A stretch of DNA of 64,000 nucleotides from Alphaproteobacteria bacterium. Its GTDB lineage: Bacteria; Pseudomonadota; Alphaproteobacteria; Bin95. The notes under the pieces are model-generated. The model did not search any database and was not told where the DNA came from. It worked only from the letters and a program-made list of their open reading frames with translations. Position 1 is the stretch's first letter, and every line of letters starts with the position of its first letter. The stretch is from contig CBDBGH010000003.1 of assembly GCA_965205265.1 (NCBI GenBank), forward strand, positions 1,472,001-1,536,000. Reading direction: 5' to 3'. This document shows positions 1 through 9,292 of this stretch, one piece after another. The position numbers were made by a program, and so were the translations under genes.

Positions 1-212
1 GCGGCGGAGATGCTGTGCCTCGGAAAATCCGCGAGAAGATCGACATCGCTGTCCGGACGCATGGCGCCGCGCGCCGCCGAACCGTACAGCCTGTAACAGC
101 CGCCATGTTGCGCGGCGGTTGCCGCCAGGCAGAGTTCGAGTTGAGCCAGTGCCGCCTTGCGGCGGGCCAGAATGCGCGCCTTGCGTTCCTTCAGCGTGAC
201 GATGGAAGGCAT
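1..212 (-). CDS. Minimal nucleotidyltransferase (MNT-type), 3'-truncated by the window edge
   Basis: Hand translation from ATG at 212: MPSIVTLKERKARILARRKAAL...RLYGSAARGAMRPDSDVDLLADFP, with the GSxARG..DSDxD pol-beta-like motif; not in the ORF track. Confidence 0.8.
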   Translation of the reverse strand, partial: MPSIVTLKERKARILARRKAALAQLELCLAATAAQHGGCYRLYGSAARGAMRPDSDVDLLADFPRHSISA

Positions 213-317
213 GAGGCAACTTGTAGCATGGGAGCGCAGAGGCCGGGAGCGCGGAGATGAAGGCTCGTCCGCCCTCGTTAGCCGGTTTCACCGGCGTCAC
301 GCGGCGGGTGCCTAATC

Positions 318-983
318 CTAAAGCCGCTCGGCAATCAGTGCATCGAGTTCCGGGAATTGACGCCGGATCGCCAAGGCGAGTGCCTCCAGTACGAAAGCAG
401 GGGTCGCGCCGGGCAGCATGATGGAGCTTTCCAACTCCGCCGGACCGTCCGGGACTTGCAGGTCCAGCATGACCGCCTCGCGGACATTGCCCGATATGTC
501 GATGCGCCACATTTCCGGCACGCCAAGGCGGCGATAGGCAAGCGGCTTGTCCCCGTCGCCGCTGCTGCGCTCGACCTCGATGACAAGGTCGGGCGGGTTC
601 TCCAGCGCGAAGGCGTCGTGCTTGTCCTCGTCCAGCGGGTCGATCTCGTCCAGGCGCTCCGCCCTGTCGCCCAGATAGTAGCAGGCGTCGGGCTCGGCCC
701 CTGTATTCGTAGGGTCTTCCGGCCTGCGCCAGCGCGTCGAGCCCAGCAGCGCAACAGGAACCCCGTTTCTGGCGATGGCGTCCATTACGCGGTCCGTGCC
801 CCTCGAAAAACGCTCATGCGTCGAGGAGGGGGTCATGAGGTCCACGAAGCCGGTCACCGGATCGATGAATACCCGGCGCGCGAGCAGGTTCCAGTCGAAT
901 TTCTCCGTAAGCAGAGGCACGGCCTCCGGGTCGAGGCGGAACCGGACATATTCCGAGCCCATGCTGCCCGTCACCCGTTCCAT
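318..983 (-). CDS. Uma2/DUF820 family PD-(D/E)XK endonuclease-like protein
   Basis: MTPSSTHE, EPDACYY, PPDLVIEV, K..Y..LGVPEMW motifs; start uncertain (983 or 962). Confidence 0.85.
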   Translation of the reverse strand: MERVTGSMGSEYVRFRLDPEAVPLLTEKFDWNLLARRVFIDPVTGFVDLMTPSSTHERFSRGTDRVMDAIARNGVPVALLGSTRWRRPEDPTNTGAEPDACYYLGDRAERLDEIDPLDEDKHDAFALENPPDLVIEVERSSGDGDKPLAYRRLGVPEMWRIDISGNVREAVMLDLQVPDGPAELESSIMLPGATPAFVLEALALAIRRQFPELDALIAERL

Positions 984-1054
984 GCCTTGCGTCCTCCGCT
1001 TGTCGGCGCCGGGGCAGTATAGCCGGACCGGGCGAAGCCGTCCCGCTCGGCGTC

Positions 1055-1816
1055 TCACGCATTCGACACGGAATGCCCGCCGTCCACGGCGAGGAGCTGG
1101 CCGGTGATGTAGGCCGAGGCGTCGGAGAGCAGGAAGAGCAGCGGCGCGGCAAGGTCTTCCGGCTGGCCGAGGCGGCCCATCGGCACGCGGCGCATCAGCG
1201 CCTGCCCCGGCGGCGAGGCGAAGAAGGCCTCGTTGAGGTCCGTCAGCACATAGCCGGGCGCCGGCGTGTTGACCCGTACATGCTCGCGCGCAAGCTCCGC
1301 GGCCAGGACGCGCGTCAGGTGATGGAGCCCGGCCTTGGACGCTGCATAGCCGACGGCGCCGCGCCCGGTGCGCAGGCCCAGCAGCGAGCCGATATTGACG
1401 ATGCTGCCGCCCTCCCCACGCGCTACCATCCGCTTCGCGGCCTCCTGCGCCACGAACCAGGCGCCGGTGAGGTTGGTGTCGATGACGCGCCGCCAGTCGT
1501 CTTCCTCCGTCTCCAACAGCCGGCGCGTCACGGCGACGCCGGAATTGTTGACGACGGCGCGGACGGGCCCAAGCGCTTCCTCGGCGGCGTCGAAGCCGGC
1601 CGCCACCCGCTTGCGGTCGGTCACGTCCATGGAAATGACGGCGGCATTGCCGATGCCGGCGGCTGTTTCGGCGAGCGCCTCCATGTCCCGTGCCGCCAGC
1701 GCCACTTGCGCGCCCGCCGCAGCCGCAACCTCGGCGAATCCGCGTCCCAGACCGCGCGATGCGCCCGTCACCAGAACGGTCTTGCCGTCCAGCCGTAGAA
1801 TTCCCGCCATCGACAC
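1055..1816 (-). CDS. SDR family oxidoreductase
   Basis: TGASRGLG, NNSG, YAASK motifs. Confidence 0.9.
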   Translation of the reverse strand: MSMAGILRLDGKTVLVTGASRGLGRGFAEVAAAAGAQVALAARDMEALAETAAGIGNAAVISMDVTDRKRVAAGFDAAEEALGPVRAVVNNSGVAVTRRLLETEEDDWRRVIDTNLTGAWFVAQEAAKRMVARGEGGSIVNIGSLLGLRTGRGAVGYAASKAGLHHLTRVLAAELAREHVRVNTPAPGYVLTDLNEAFFASPPGQALMRRVPMGRLGQPEDLAAPLLFLLSDASAYITGQLLAVDGGHSVSNA

Positions 1817-1856
1817 GCTTTCCTCCCTTCGGGGCCGCTCCTATATTGCGGGTCCC

Positions 1857-2489
1857 ATGCTGATCGAGATTTTCTCCGACGTCATCTGCCCCTGGTGCTT
1901 CATCGGGCGCCGGCGCCTCGCCCGCGCCCTGGAGTCCCGGCCCGGCCTGGACCCGGTCATCCGCTGGCGGGCATTTCAGTTAAATCCGGGCATGCCGCCG
2001 GAAGGCATGGCGCGCCAGGACTATCTCGCGCTCAAATTCGGTGCGGAGGGCGGCGGGCCCGCCTATGACCGCATCCGCGAGACCGGACGGTCGGAAGGCA
2101 TCGATTTCCGCTTCGACAGCATAGAGCGCACGCCGAGCACGCTGGCCGCGCACAGGCTCATCCGGGAGTCGGGCGAGCGGCAGACGGCGGTGGTGGATGC
2201 GCTCTTCGACGCCTATTTCCTGAACGGCGAAGACATCGGGGACCCGGGGCAACTGGCGGATATCGCCTCGCGCGCCGGCTGGGACAGATGCGAGGCGGAA
2301 GCCTTTCTGGCCTCGGACGCCGCGAGCCAGGAAGTCCGGCAGGAGGACGCACGCGCGCGCTCGATGGGCATTCAGGGCGTGCCCTGCTTCGTGGTGGACC
2401 GCCGCTACGCCATTTCCGGCGCCCAGGAACCGGAATATTTCGCGCCCCTCTTCGACCTCGTGCAAAACGGCGAAGCCGCTGCCGAGTAG
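1857..2489 (+). CDS. DsbA-family (FrnE-like) oxidoreductase
   Basis: IEIFSDVICPWCFIG, GIQGVP, ISGAQ. Confidence 0.9.
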   Translation: MLIEIFSDVICPWCFIGRRRLARALESRPGLDPVIRWRAFQLNPGMPPEGMARQDYLALKFGAEGGGPAYDRIRETGRSEGIDFRFDSIERTPSTLAAHRLIRESGERQTAVVDALFDAYFLNGEDIGDPGQLADIASRAGWDRCEAEAFLASDAASQEVRQEDARARSMGIQGVPCFVVDRRYAISGAQEPEYFAPLFDLVQNGEAAAE

Positions 2490-2541
2490 CCGCCCGGCGG
2501 GACTTTGCCCCGCGCCTGTCCTTACCCCCGAGTCTCTGTTC

Positions 2542-2645
2542 CCTCATCCCGAGTGGCGGCGTCAGCCGTGTGTCGAGGGACGGGCGGGACCGGCGTGAGC
2601 CATCCTTCGATACGCGCCCGCAGGGCGGACGCTACTTGGGATGAG
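2542..2645. repeat. REP-like palindromic element (CTCATCCCGAG...CTTGGGATGAG type)
   Basis: Outer arms CCTCATCCCGAGT / ACTTGGGATGAGG and inner TCGAGGGA / TCCTTCGA; intergenic, downstream of the DsbA gene. Confidence 0.7.
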
Positions 2646-2719
2646 GCGAGGTCCGGGACGCTGCACAGGGTAGTATTGAGACAATTTGTTCGTAAAATTA
2701 AGAATATTTCTCTATACTA

Positions 2720-2747
2720 CTTGCATTATCAGAAAGTGTGCTATGAT
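2720..2747 (+). promoter_or_regulatory. Putative sigma70 promoter with extended -10
   Basis: CTTGCA...TGTGC-TATGAT in an AT-rich patch; an equivalent motif occurs in the other two element copies. Confidence 0.55.
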
Positions 2748-3006
2748 GGGTCCGAGGGAAGCGGCGTCCATGGACCGCTTCCCGCCCGCGCCGGTCCGGT
2801 GCGGCACGACCCCGATCCAGCCGACAGGTGAAGTGTGTCCTGTGCCCGCCTCGCGCGCGGGCAATCAGGCGCGCGAACCGCGCCGCCGCGAAACGCCCGC
2901 CCGCCCGCGCACAGGCGCCCGCGCAGGATGACGCGCGAATAAGGGTCGCTCCGGTGCCGGGGCGGTGTGCCGGATGAACATGAGACGAAACCAAGGAGCC
3001 GCACCC

Positions 3007-3918
3007 ATGCCCGCGCTCGACCCGACCCTCTCCCTCTCCTCCCGCCAGGAAGCCTTCTGCCGCCACTACACAGCCTCCGGCAATGCCGCAGACGCCGCAA
3101 GGCGCGCCGGCTATGCCGAACGCTCCGCAAGGCAGACCGGCTCCGCTCTGCTGGAACGCCCCTGGATCGTCGAGCGGGTGCGGCGCATCCGCATGTCGTG
3201 GCGGCGCACCGAGCGGGACGAGGCGCAGATCGTGCTCGCCCGTCTGGAGCAGGCCTGGGATGCGGCGGTCGCCAGCGGGTCCGCCTACATGATGGTCCGG
3301 ATCGTCCGCTTCCAGGCGGAGATTGCGGGGCTGACGCAGCCCGCCAACCGGGCGGCGCTCTGGTCGATGCCGGAGGAGGACGAGTTCGGGGAGATCGAGG
3401 CCGGCGAGGCGCAGGAGGCCGGCACCGTGCCGGGACCCCTCGCCGAAGCCGTGCGCAATGGCCGTGCCCGCGCCGAGCGCGCCCTTGCCCGCCATTGCGG
3501 GAACAGGGAGGCGATGGAGGCAGGGGAAGGCTTCGACAGAGCCGCCCATGCCATGACCGCCGAACGGCTCATGGCGGCCGTCGAGGAGCGCGAGAGCCTG
3601 CCCGTCTGCTTCGACCCGCCGCCGCCTCCGGCAAACGACCTGCCCCTCGCTGACGACCCGCCCGAAGACACCTACGACCCCGAGCGGTTCCCCGGCGAGT
3701 GGGCCGACGGCGACCGCCCGGGCGAGGAGGAGAGGGCCGAGGGCGCGGAGACCGACTGGCTCTACCAGCGCCGCAACGACTATGCCGAGATCCACGACCC
3801 CTGGTCGCCGGAAAACATCGAACGCCGCCAGGCCGACAGCCTCAACCGGCTCGAGAATGGGCCGCCCTTCAACCCGCCCCGCAACCCCGGTTTCTCACCC
3901 GACCATGACATTTCATGA
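3007..3918 (+). CDS. Terminase small subunit-like protein (N-terminal HTH) with acidic, Pro-rich C-terminal tail
   Basis: LSSRQEAFCRHYTASGNAADAARRAGYAERSARQTGSALL resembles the TerS N-terminus; AAGGAG RBS at 2993-2998. Confidence 0.75.
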   Translation: MPALDPTLSLSSRQEAFCRHYTASGNAADAARRAGYAERSARQTGSALLERPWIVERVRRIRMSWRRTERDEAQIVLARLEQAWDAAVASGSAYMMVRIVRFQAEIAGLTQPANRAALWSMPEEDEFGEIEAGEAQEAGTVPGPLAEAVRNGRARAERALARHCGNREAMEAGEGFDRAAHAMTAERLMAAVEERESLPVCFDPPPPPANDLPLADDPPEDTYDPERFPGEWADGDRPGEEERAEGAETDWLYQRRNDYAEIHDPWSPENIERRQADSLNRLENGPPFNPPRNPGFSPDHDIS

Positions 3919-3983
3919 CATCCCATGACACGGCGCGAGAGGGGCGCCGTTGCCCCCATTCACCGCCCCGGCTCGCCTCCGGT

Positions 3984-4943
3984 TCAGGCGAAGGCCTCTT
4001 CCCAGCTGCCGCGGGTTGCGGCCTTGGCGTATTCGGTGGCGCGGTTCTCGAAGAAATTGGCGTGCTCGACGCCGTTCAACATTTCGTCCATCCAGGCGAG
4101 CGGGTTCTCCGCAACGCCGAACGCCGCCTCGAGGCCCAGCTGCTCCAGCCGCCGGTCTGCGATGAAGCGGATGTAGGACTTCACCTCCTCCGCCTCCAGG
4201 CCTTCGACGCCGCCCATTTCGAAAGCGAGGTCGATGAAGGCGTCCTCATGCCCGATCACCGTTCGGCAGGCGTCTGCCAGGTCCCGGCGGAGCTCATCGG
4301 TCCACACTTCGGGATATTCGCCGACAAAGGTTCGGAAGAGACGGATCGCATTCTCGGTATGCAGGGTCTCGTCGCGCGCCGACCAGGCCACGATCTGGCC
4401 CATCCCCTTCATTTTGCCGAAGCGCGGGAAGTTGAGCAGGATGGCGAAGCTCGCGAAAAGCTGGACCCCTTCGGTGAAGGCGCCGAACACGGCGAGGGTG
4501 CGCGCGATGTCTTCTTTCGAATCCGAGCCGAACTGCTTCATGTAGTCGTATTTGTCGCGCATCGCCTTGTAGCGCATGAAGGCCGAATACTCGACTTCCG
4601 GCATGCCGACCGTATCCAGCAAATGGCTGTAGGCGGCGATGTGCACCGTCTCGATATTGGAGAACGCCGCCAGCATCATCTGTATCTCGGTCGGCTCGAA
4701 GACGCGGGCGTAATGCTTCATGTAGCAGTTGTTCACCTCGACATCGGCCTGGGTGAAGAAGCGGAAGATCTGGGTGAGCAGGTTCCGTTCGGCCGGGGTG
4801 AGGATGCGCCGCCAGTCGGTCACGTCGTCGGAGAGCGGCACTTCCTCCGGCAGCCAGTGGATGCGCTGCTGTGTAAGCCAGGCATCGTAAGCCCACGGAT
4901 AGCGGAAGGGCTTGTAGGTCGGGCTCGGGTCGAGAAGCGGCAT
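3984..4943 (-). CDS. nrdB: Ribonucleotide reductase class I beta subunit
   Basis: HWLPEEV, FFTQADVEV, ETVHIAAY, FTEG, RDETLH, NFFE motifs. Confidence 0.95.
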   Translation of the reverse strand: MPLLDPSPTYKPFRYPWAYDAWLTQQRIHWLPEEVPLSDDVTDWRRILTPAERNLLTQIFRFFTQADVEVNNCYMKHYARVFEPTEIQMMLAAFSNIETVHIAAYSHLLDTVGMPEVEYSAFMRYKAMRDKYDYMKQFGSDSKEDIARTLAVFGAFTEGVQLFASFAILLNFPRFGKMKGMGQIVAWSARDETLHTENAIRLFRTFVGEYPEVWTDELRRDLADACRTVIGHEDAFIDLAFEMGGVEGLEAEEVKSYIRFIADRRLEQLGLEAAFGVAENPLAWMDEMLNGVEHANFFENRATEYAKAATRGSWEEAFA

Positions 4944-5037
4944 GGGTGCGGCACCGATGTTTCAGCCGGACAGTGTATAGCCGGGGAGGCAGCCTTGCTA
5001 TAACGGCGTCACCCGAAAGAGGCACTTGCCCGTCCCC

Positions 5038-6669
5038 ATGACCCTCCCGATCCTCCTCCTCGAAGAGGCCCTCGACGCAGCCCGGTCCTATCTGGAAGAG
5101 GCGCGCGGCAGCGTGGCGGCGCGCGTGCAGGCCGGCGGCCGGACCGACCCCGCCGCGCTTGAGCGCGACCAGTTCGCGGCCCACGGTTTCGCCTGGACCG
5201 CGACCTATGTGGCGGGCCTGCGGGAAATGCTCGGCTGGGCGCGGCGGCTGGAAGCGGCGGACAGTCTCACCGGGCTCGACCGTCTTGTACTGCAAGCTGC
5301 CTTCGGGGAATATCTGGCCCAGCTAGCGGGCGGCATCGCCGTCTCGCAGGGGGAAGCGGTCCGGCCCGCGGACCTCGGCCTCGACGACGCGGCATTGCGG
5401 GTTCCCGCCGTCGAGCGCGTCGCAGCCGAGGGCAATTCCAATGCCGTGCGCATGGAAATCGCCGCCCTTCTCGCCGAAGGCCAGAGGCCGTCCGACGGGC
5501 TGGAAGACGAATCGCTCGCTCTCGTGCGCGGCCAGTTACGCCGATTCGCGGACGAACGCATCGTGGGCCCGGCGCATGGATGGCACAGCCGCGACGAGCT
5601 CATCCCGATGCCGGTCGTCGAGGACATGGCGGCAATGGGCGTGTTCGGGCTCACCGTGCCCGAGGAATGGGGCGGGCTCGGGATGGGCAAGGTGGCCATG
5701 TGCGTGGTCACGGAGGAGCTTTCGCGCGGCTATATCGGCGTGGGCTCGCTCGGCACCCGATCGGAGATCGCGGCCGAACTCATCCGGCTCGGCGGCACAG
5801 AGGAGCAGAAGGAACGCTGGCTGCCCGGCATTGCGAGCGGCGCCGTGCTGCCGACCGCCGTGTTCACCGAACCCGATGTCGGCTCGGACCTCGGCGGCGT
5901 GAAGACGCGGGCGGTGCGGAACGGCGGGACTTACCGGGTTTCCGGCGCCAAGACCTGGATCACCCATGCGGCGCGCGCCGACCTGATGACCCTGCTCGCC
6001 CGGACCGATCCCGACAAGCCCGGCTATCGCGGCCTCTCCATGTTCCTTGCGCCGAAAACGCGCGGAAGCGATGACGACCCCTTCCCCGACCCCGGCATCG
6101 ACGGCGGTGAGATTCCCGTGCTCGGCTATCGCGGCATGAAGGAATACGAGATCGGCTTCGATGGCTTCGAGGTGGACGCGGGGGACCTTCTCGGGCGCGA
6201 GGAAGGCCAGGGCTTCAAGCAATTGATGGCGACCTTCGAAAGCGCGCGCATACAGACGGCGGCGCGCTCGGTGGGCGTGGCCGAGCGCGCGATGGAACTG
6301 GCGCTCGACTATGCCGCCGGACGCAGGCAGTTCGGTAAGGCGATCCTGGGCTTCCCGCGCGTTGCGGGCAAGATCGCCTGGATGGCGGTCGAGACCCAGA
6401 TCGCCCGCCAACTCGCCTATTTCGCCGCCCGCGAGAAGGATGGCGGCCGGCGTTGCGATATCGAGGCCGGCATGGCGAAGCTGCTGGCCGCGCGCGCCGC
6501 CTGGGCCAATGCCGACAATGCCGTCCAGGTGCATGGCGGCAATGGATACGCACAGGAATACGAGGTCGGGCGCATCCTTTGCGATGCGCGCATCCTCAAC
6601 ATCTTCGAGGGCGCGGCGGAGATACAGGCCCATGTCATCGCGCGCGGCCTGCTCGAACGCCGGAACTGA
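5038..6669 (+). CDS. Acyl-CoA dehydrogenase, probably (2S)-methylsuccinyl-CoA dehydrogenase
   Basis: N-terminal extension with QFAAHGFAW, TAVFTEP, GEIPVLGYRGMKEYE, IFEGAAEIQ. Confidence 0.8.
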   Translation: MTLPILLLEEALDAARSYLEEARGSVAARVQAGGRTDPAALERDQFAAHGFAWTATYVAGLREMLGWARRLEAADSLTGLDRLVLQAAFGEYLAQLAGGIAVSQGEAVRPADLGLDDAALRVPAVERVAAEGNSNAVRMEIAALLAEGQRPSDGLEDESLALVRGQLRRFADERIVGPAHGWHSRDELIPMPVVEDMAAMGVFGLTVPEEWGGLGMGKVAMCVVTEELSRGYIGVGSLGTRSEIAAELIRLGGTEEQKERWLPGIASGAVLPTAVFTEPDVGSDLGGVKTRAVRNGGTYRVSGAKTWITHAARADLMTLLARTDPDKPGYRGLSMFLAPKTRGSDDDPFPDPGIDGGEIPVLGYRGMKEYEIGFDGFEVDAGDLLGREEGQGFKQLMATFESARIQTAARSVGVAERAMELALDYAAGRRQFGKAILGFPRVAGKIAWMAVETQIARQLAYFAAREKDGGRRCDIEAGMAKLLAARAAWANADNAVQVHGGNGYAQEYEVGRILCDARILNIFEGAAEIQAHVIARGLLERRN

Positions 6670-6687
6670 ACGCCCGGAGCATATTGC

Positions 6688-7875
6688 ATGGCACGGATCG
6701 TCATCGTCGGCGCGGGCATAGGCGGCCTCGCCGCATCCCTCGCCCTGGCGAAGCGCGGCGTCGAGGCGCTGGTGCTGGAGCAGGCGCCGCGCATCGAGGC
6801 GGTGGGCGCCGGCATCCAGCTCAGCCCGAACGCCACGCGCATCCTGAACTGGCTCGGCCTGGAAGACGATATGGCCGGGTGGGGTGTCGAGCCGGTCGGG
6901 CTCGCGATCCGCAGCCATGAGGGCGAGATGCTGGTCGAGGCGCCGCTCGGCCGGGACGCCCGCGAGACCTTCGGCTACCCCTACTACCACGCGCATCGCG
7001 CGGACCTGCTGGACGGGCTGCTGAGCCGCCAGCCGCCGGGACGGGTGCGGCTGGGCGCGCAGGTCGTCTCGATGGAGGACGGACGGCTGACGCTTGCAGA
7101 CGGCGAAACCGTTGAAGCCGATATCGTCGTCGGCGCGGACGGCATCCACAGCCCGGTGCGCCGGCATCTCTTCGGCACAGGCAATGCGCGTCAGTCGGGC
7201 TCGGTGGCATGGCGCGCGCTGGTCCCGGCCGAGCGGCTCGCCGATCTCGGCATTCCGCGCGAGTCCGGCGTCTGGTGGGGGCCGGACGCCTGCATGGTGC
7301 GCTACTGGGTTGCTGCCGGTCGGCTGATGAACTGGATCGCCATCGCGCGCACCGACCGGGAGACGCCGGAATCCTGGTCGCGCCTCGGCCGCGTAGAGGA
7401 TGCCGCAGAGGCCATGGCACCTTTCCCGCCCACGGTCACGCGCATGGTCGAACGCACCGGGACCGTGCATGAATGGGCGCTGTTCGACCGGGAGGGCCTG
7501 CCGGCCTGGACGTGCGGGCGGGTAACGCTGCTGGGAGACGCCGCCCACGCCATGATGCCCTATCACGCGCAGGGCGCCGCCATGAGCCTGGAGGATGCCT
7601 GGGTGTTGGCCGGCTGCCTCGAAGAAGACATGGGAGAAGGCGGGCTTGCGCGTTATGAGGCGTTGCGGCGGGACCGCGCCAACCGGGTGCAGGCCTGGTC
7701 GCGCGCGGTCGAACGCCACTGCCTGCTGGCCGACCCTGCCGAAGTAGCGGTTCGCAACGCCAAGCTGGCGAAGGACCGCGCGGACTATCGCGGCGGCTTC
7801 CCGCCCGGACAGATCTGGCTCTACGGCTACGACGCCGAAGCCGCACTGTCGGAGGAATCCGCCATTGCCGGTTGA
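6688..7875 (+). CDS. FAD-dependent monooxygenase (salicylate/6-hydroxynicotinate hydroxylase-like)
   Basis: GAGIGG, GADGIHS, LLGDAAHAM.P..AQGA. Confidence 0.85.
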   Translation: MARIVIVGAGIGGLAASLALAKRGVEALVLEQAPRIEAVGAGIQLSPNATRILNWLGLEDDMAGWGVEPVGLAIRSHEGEMLVEAPLGRDARETFGYPYYHAHRADLLDGLLSRQPPGRVRLGAQVVSMEDGRLTLADGETVEADIVVGADGIHSPVRRHLFGTGNARQSGSVAWRALVPAERLADLGIPRESGVWWGPDACMVRYWVAAGRLMNWIAIARTDRETPESWSRLGRVEDAAEAMAPFPPTVTRMVERTGTVHEWALFDREGLPAWTCGRVTLLGDAAHAMMPYHAQGAAMSLEDAWVLAGCLEEDMGEGGLARYEALRRDRANRVQAWSRAVERHCLLADPAEVAVRNAKLAKDRADYRGGFPPGQIWLYGYDAEAALSEESAIAG

Positions 7876-7986
7876 TGCAAGCGGGACGAAGCCTGCCGGT
7901 TGGGTCGGCGGCGCAAATCGGGTGGAAACGCTCGAACGTCTCCGGCATTGTGCAAGATCGGCAGCGTGTCGAAAGGTCTGGGCCGC

Positions 7987-8172
7987 ATGTCCTTCCTGAT
8001 CCCGATTTTCCTCGCCGCAGTGGCGCTTGTCCTCTTCACCGGGATTTTCGGGATGATGCGGGGCGGCAGCTTCAACCGGAAATACGGCAACAAGCTGATG
8101 CAGCTTCGCGTCGGCCTGCAATTCCTCGCCATCATCCTGATCGTCGCGGCGGCGCTGCTGGCCGGCTCCTGA
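7987..8172 (+). CDS. HIG1-domain twin transmembrane small protein
   Basis: Two hydrophobic helices with the NKLMQLRV.LQ motif; directly upstream of the adenosyltransferase gene. Confidence 0.8.
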   Translation: MSFLIPIFLAAVALVLFTGIFGMMRGGSFNRKYGNKLMQLRVGLQFLAIILIVAAALLAGS

Positions 8173-8735
8173 TGGTCCGGCTCACGAAGATCTACACGAA
8201 AGGCGGCGACAGGGGGGAGACCTCGCTCGGCAACGGCGCGCGCGTCGCCAAGGACAGCATTCGCGTCGAGGCGTTCGGCGCGGTGGACGAGACCAATGCC
8301 TGCATCGGTCTCGCCCGCCTGCACGCATCGGGCGAGATGGACGACATGCTAGCGCGCATCCAGAATGACCTGTTCGACCTGGGCGCCGACCTCTGCACGC
8401 CGGAAGGCGGCGAACGGCGCACCGGGGCCTTGCGCGTCGTTCCGGAGCAGGTCCAGCGGCTGGAGGCCGAAATCGACGCGATGAACGCGGAGCTCGCGCC
8501 GCTCAACTCCTTCGTGCTGCCGGGCGGGTCGGCGGCGGCGGCGGCGCTGCATCTCGCGCGCACCACGGCCCGGCGGGCGGAGCGCGCCGTGACGGCGCTG
8601 GCCCGCGAGGAGCCCGTGGGCGAAGCCGCGCGGCACTACATGAACCGCCTCTCGGACCATCTCTTCGTCGCCGCCCGTCTGGCCAACGACAAGGGCGCCG
8701 CCGATATCCTCTGGGTGCCCGGCGCGAACCGGTGA
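8172..8735 (+). CDS. PduO-type cob(I)alamin adenosyltransferase
   Basis: KIYTKGGD.GET, QNDLFDLGADL, FVLPGG, RRAER, NRLSD. Confidence 0.92.
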   Translation: MVRLTKIYTKGGDRGETSLGNGARVAKDSIRVEAFGAVDETNACIGLARLHASGEMDDMLARIQNDLFDLGADLCTPEGGERRTGALRVVPEQVQRLEAEIDAMNAELAPLNSFVLPGGSAAAAALHLARTTARRAERAVTALAREEPVGEAARHYMNRLSDHLFVAARLANDKGAADILWVPGANR

Positions 8736-8755
8736 GGCCGTCGCCGGACGGTCGG

Positions 8756-9292
8756 TCAGTTCCCCTGCTTCCGGACCATCACGCGCCTTAGCGCCTTCCT
8801 CGCATAGTCCCAGTCGGGGCGGATGGCGAGCGAGCGCTCGTAGTCGGCGAGCGCCTCATCCAGCTGCCCCATTTCGGCCTTGAGGTCGCCGCGCACCTTG
8901 TAGGCGCGCCAGAGCTCCACCTGGCCGAGCGCGATGCTCTCGTCGAAATCGGCGAGCGCGCTTTCCAGTTCCCCCATGCGCCACTTGGCGACGCCGCGAT
9001 TGTGGAAGGCCTCGCCGTATTCCGGGCGCAATCCGATCGCCTCGTCGAAATCGGCGACCGCCTCCTTGTAGGCCCCGGTCTCGATCTGCGCCGTGCCGCG
9101 CTTGAAGAGCCCCCTTGCGCGGTCCTCCGGCGCTTCGAACAGGCCGCCTTCCAGCGCGCGCGTGCAATGCAGCACATTCGCCGAGGGCGCGCCGCCGCCC
9201 GCCATGCAGAGCATCTTGTCCCAGGAGTCCGCGGCCAGCGCCGGCCCCGCGGACAAGAGCAGCAAGAGCGCGAGTCCGGTCCTAGCGGCCAT
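8756..9292 (-). CDS. Secreted TPR-repeat protein
   Basis: Signal peptide followed by three TPR-like units (A..DFD.AI.L.P). Confidence 0.8.
   Translation of the reverse strand: MAARTGLALLLLLSAGPALAADSWDKMLCMAGGGAPSANVLHCTRALEGGLFEAPEDRARGLFKRGTAQIETGAYKEAVADFDEAIGLRPEYGEAFHNRGVAKWRMGELESALADFDESIALGQVELWRAYKVRGDLKAEMGQLDEALADYERSLAIRPDWDYARKALRRVMVRKQGN

Larger units (their letters stand above)
2685..3939 (+). repeat. Dispersed element copy 1 (promoter - hairpin - GC core - terS-like ORF - CATGACA x3)
   Basis: Core GGGCAATCAGGCGCGCGA...AGGGTC at 2859-2947 is shared with the 16.6 kb and 54.8 kb copies; CATGACA at 3904, 3914, 3924. Confidence 0.8.

Noticed and set aside
2685-2700. LexA (GTTC-N7-GTTC) boxes at the element promoters
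   Set aside because: TTTGTTC occurs upstream in all three copies (2685, 16849, 54987), but I found no correctly spaced second half-site.
2965-3918. Prophage
   Set aside because: No other phage genes, integrase or att-like sites; the flanks are housekeeping genes.
3984-4943. nrdB without adjacent nrdA
   Set aside because: Split nrdA/nrdB loci are not rare, and nrdA may lie outside the window.
5536-8121. Long antisense ORFs (also 34506-37244, 25350-27503, 44936-47920, 58018-59907)
   Set aside because: These are shadow frames of real genes, expected in high-GC DNA, and carry no recognisable motifs.
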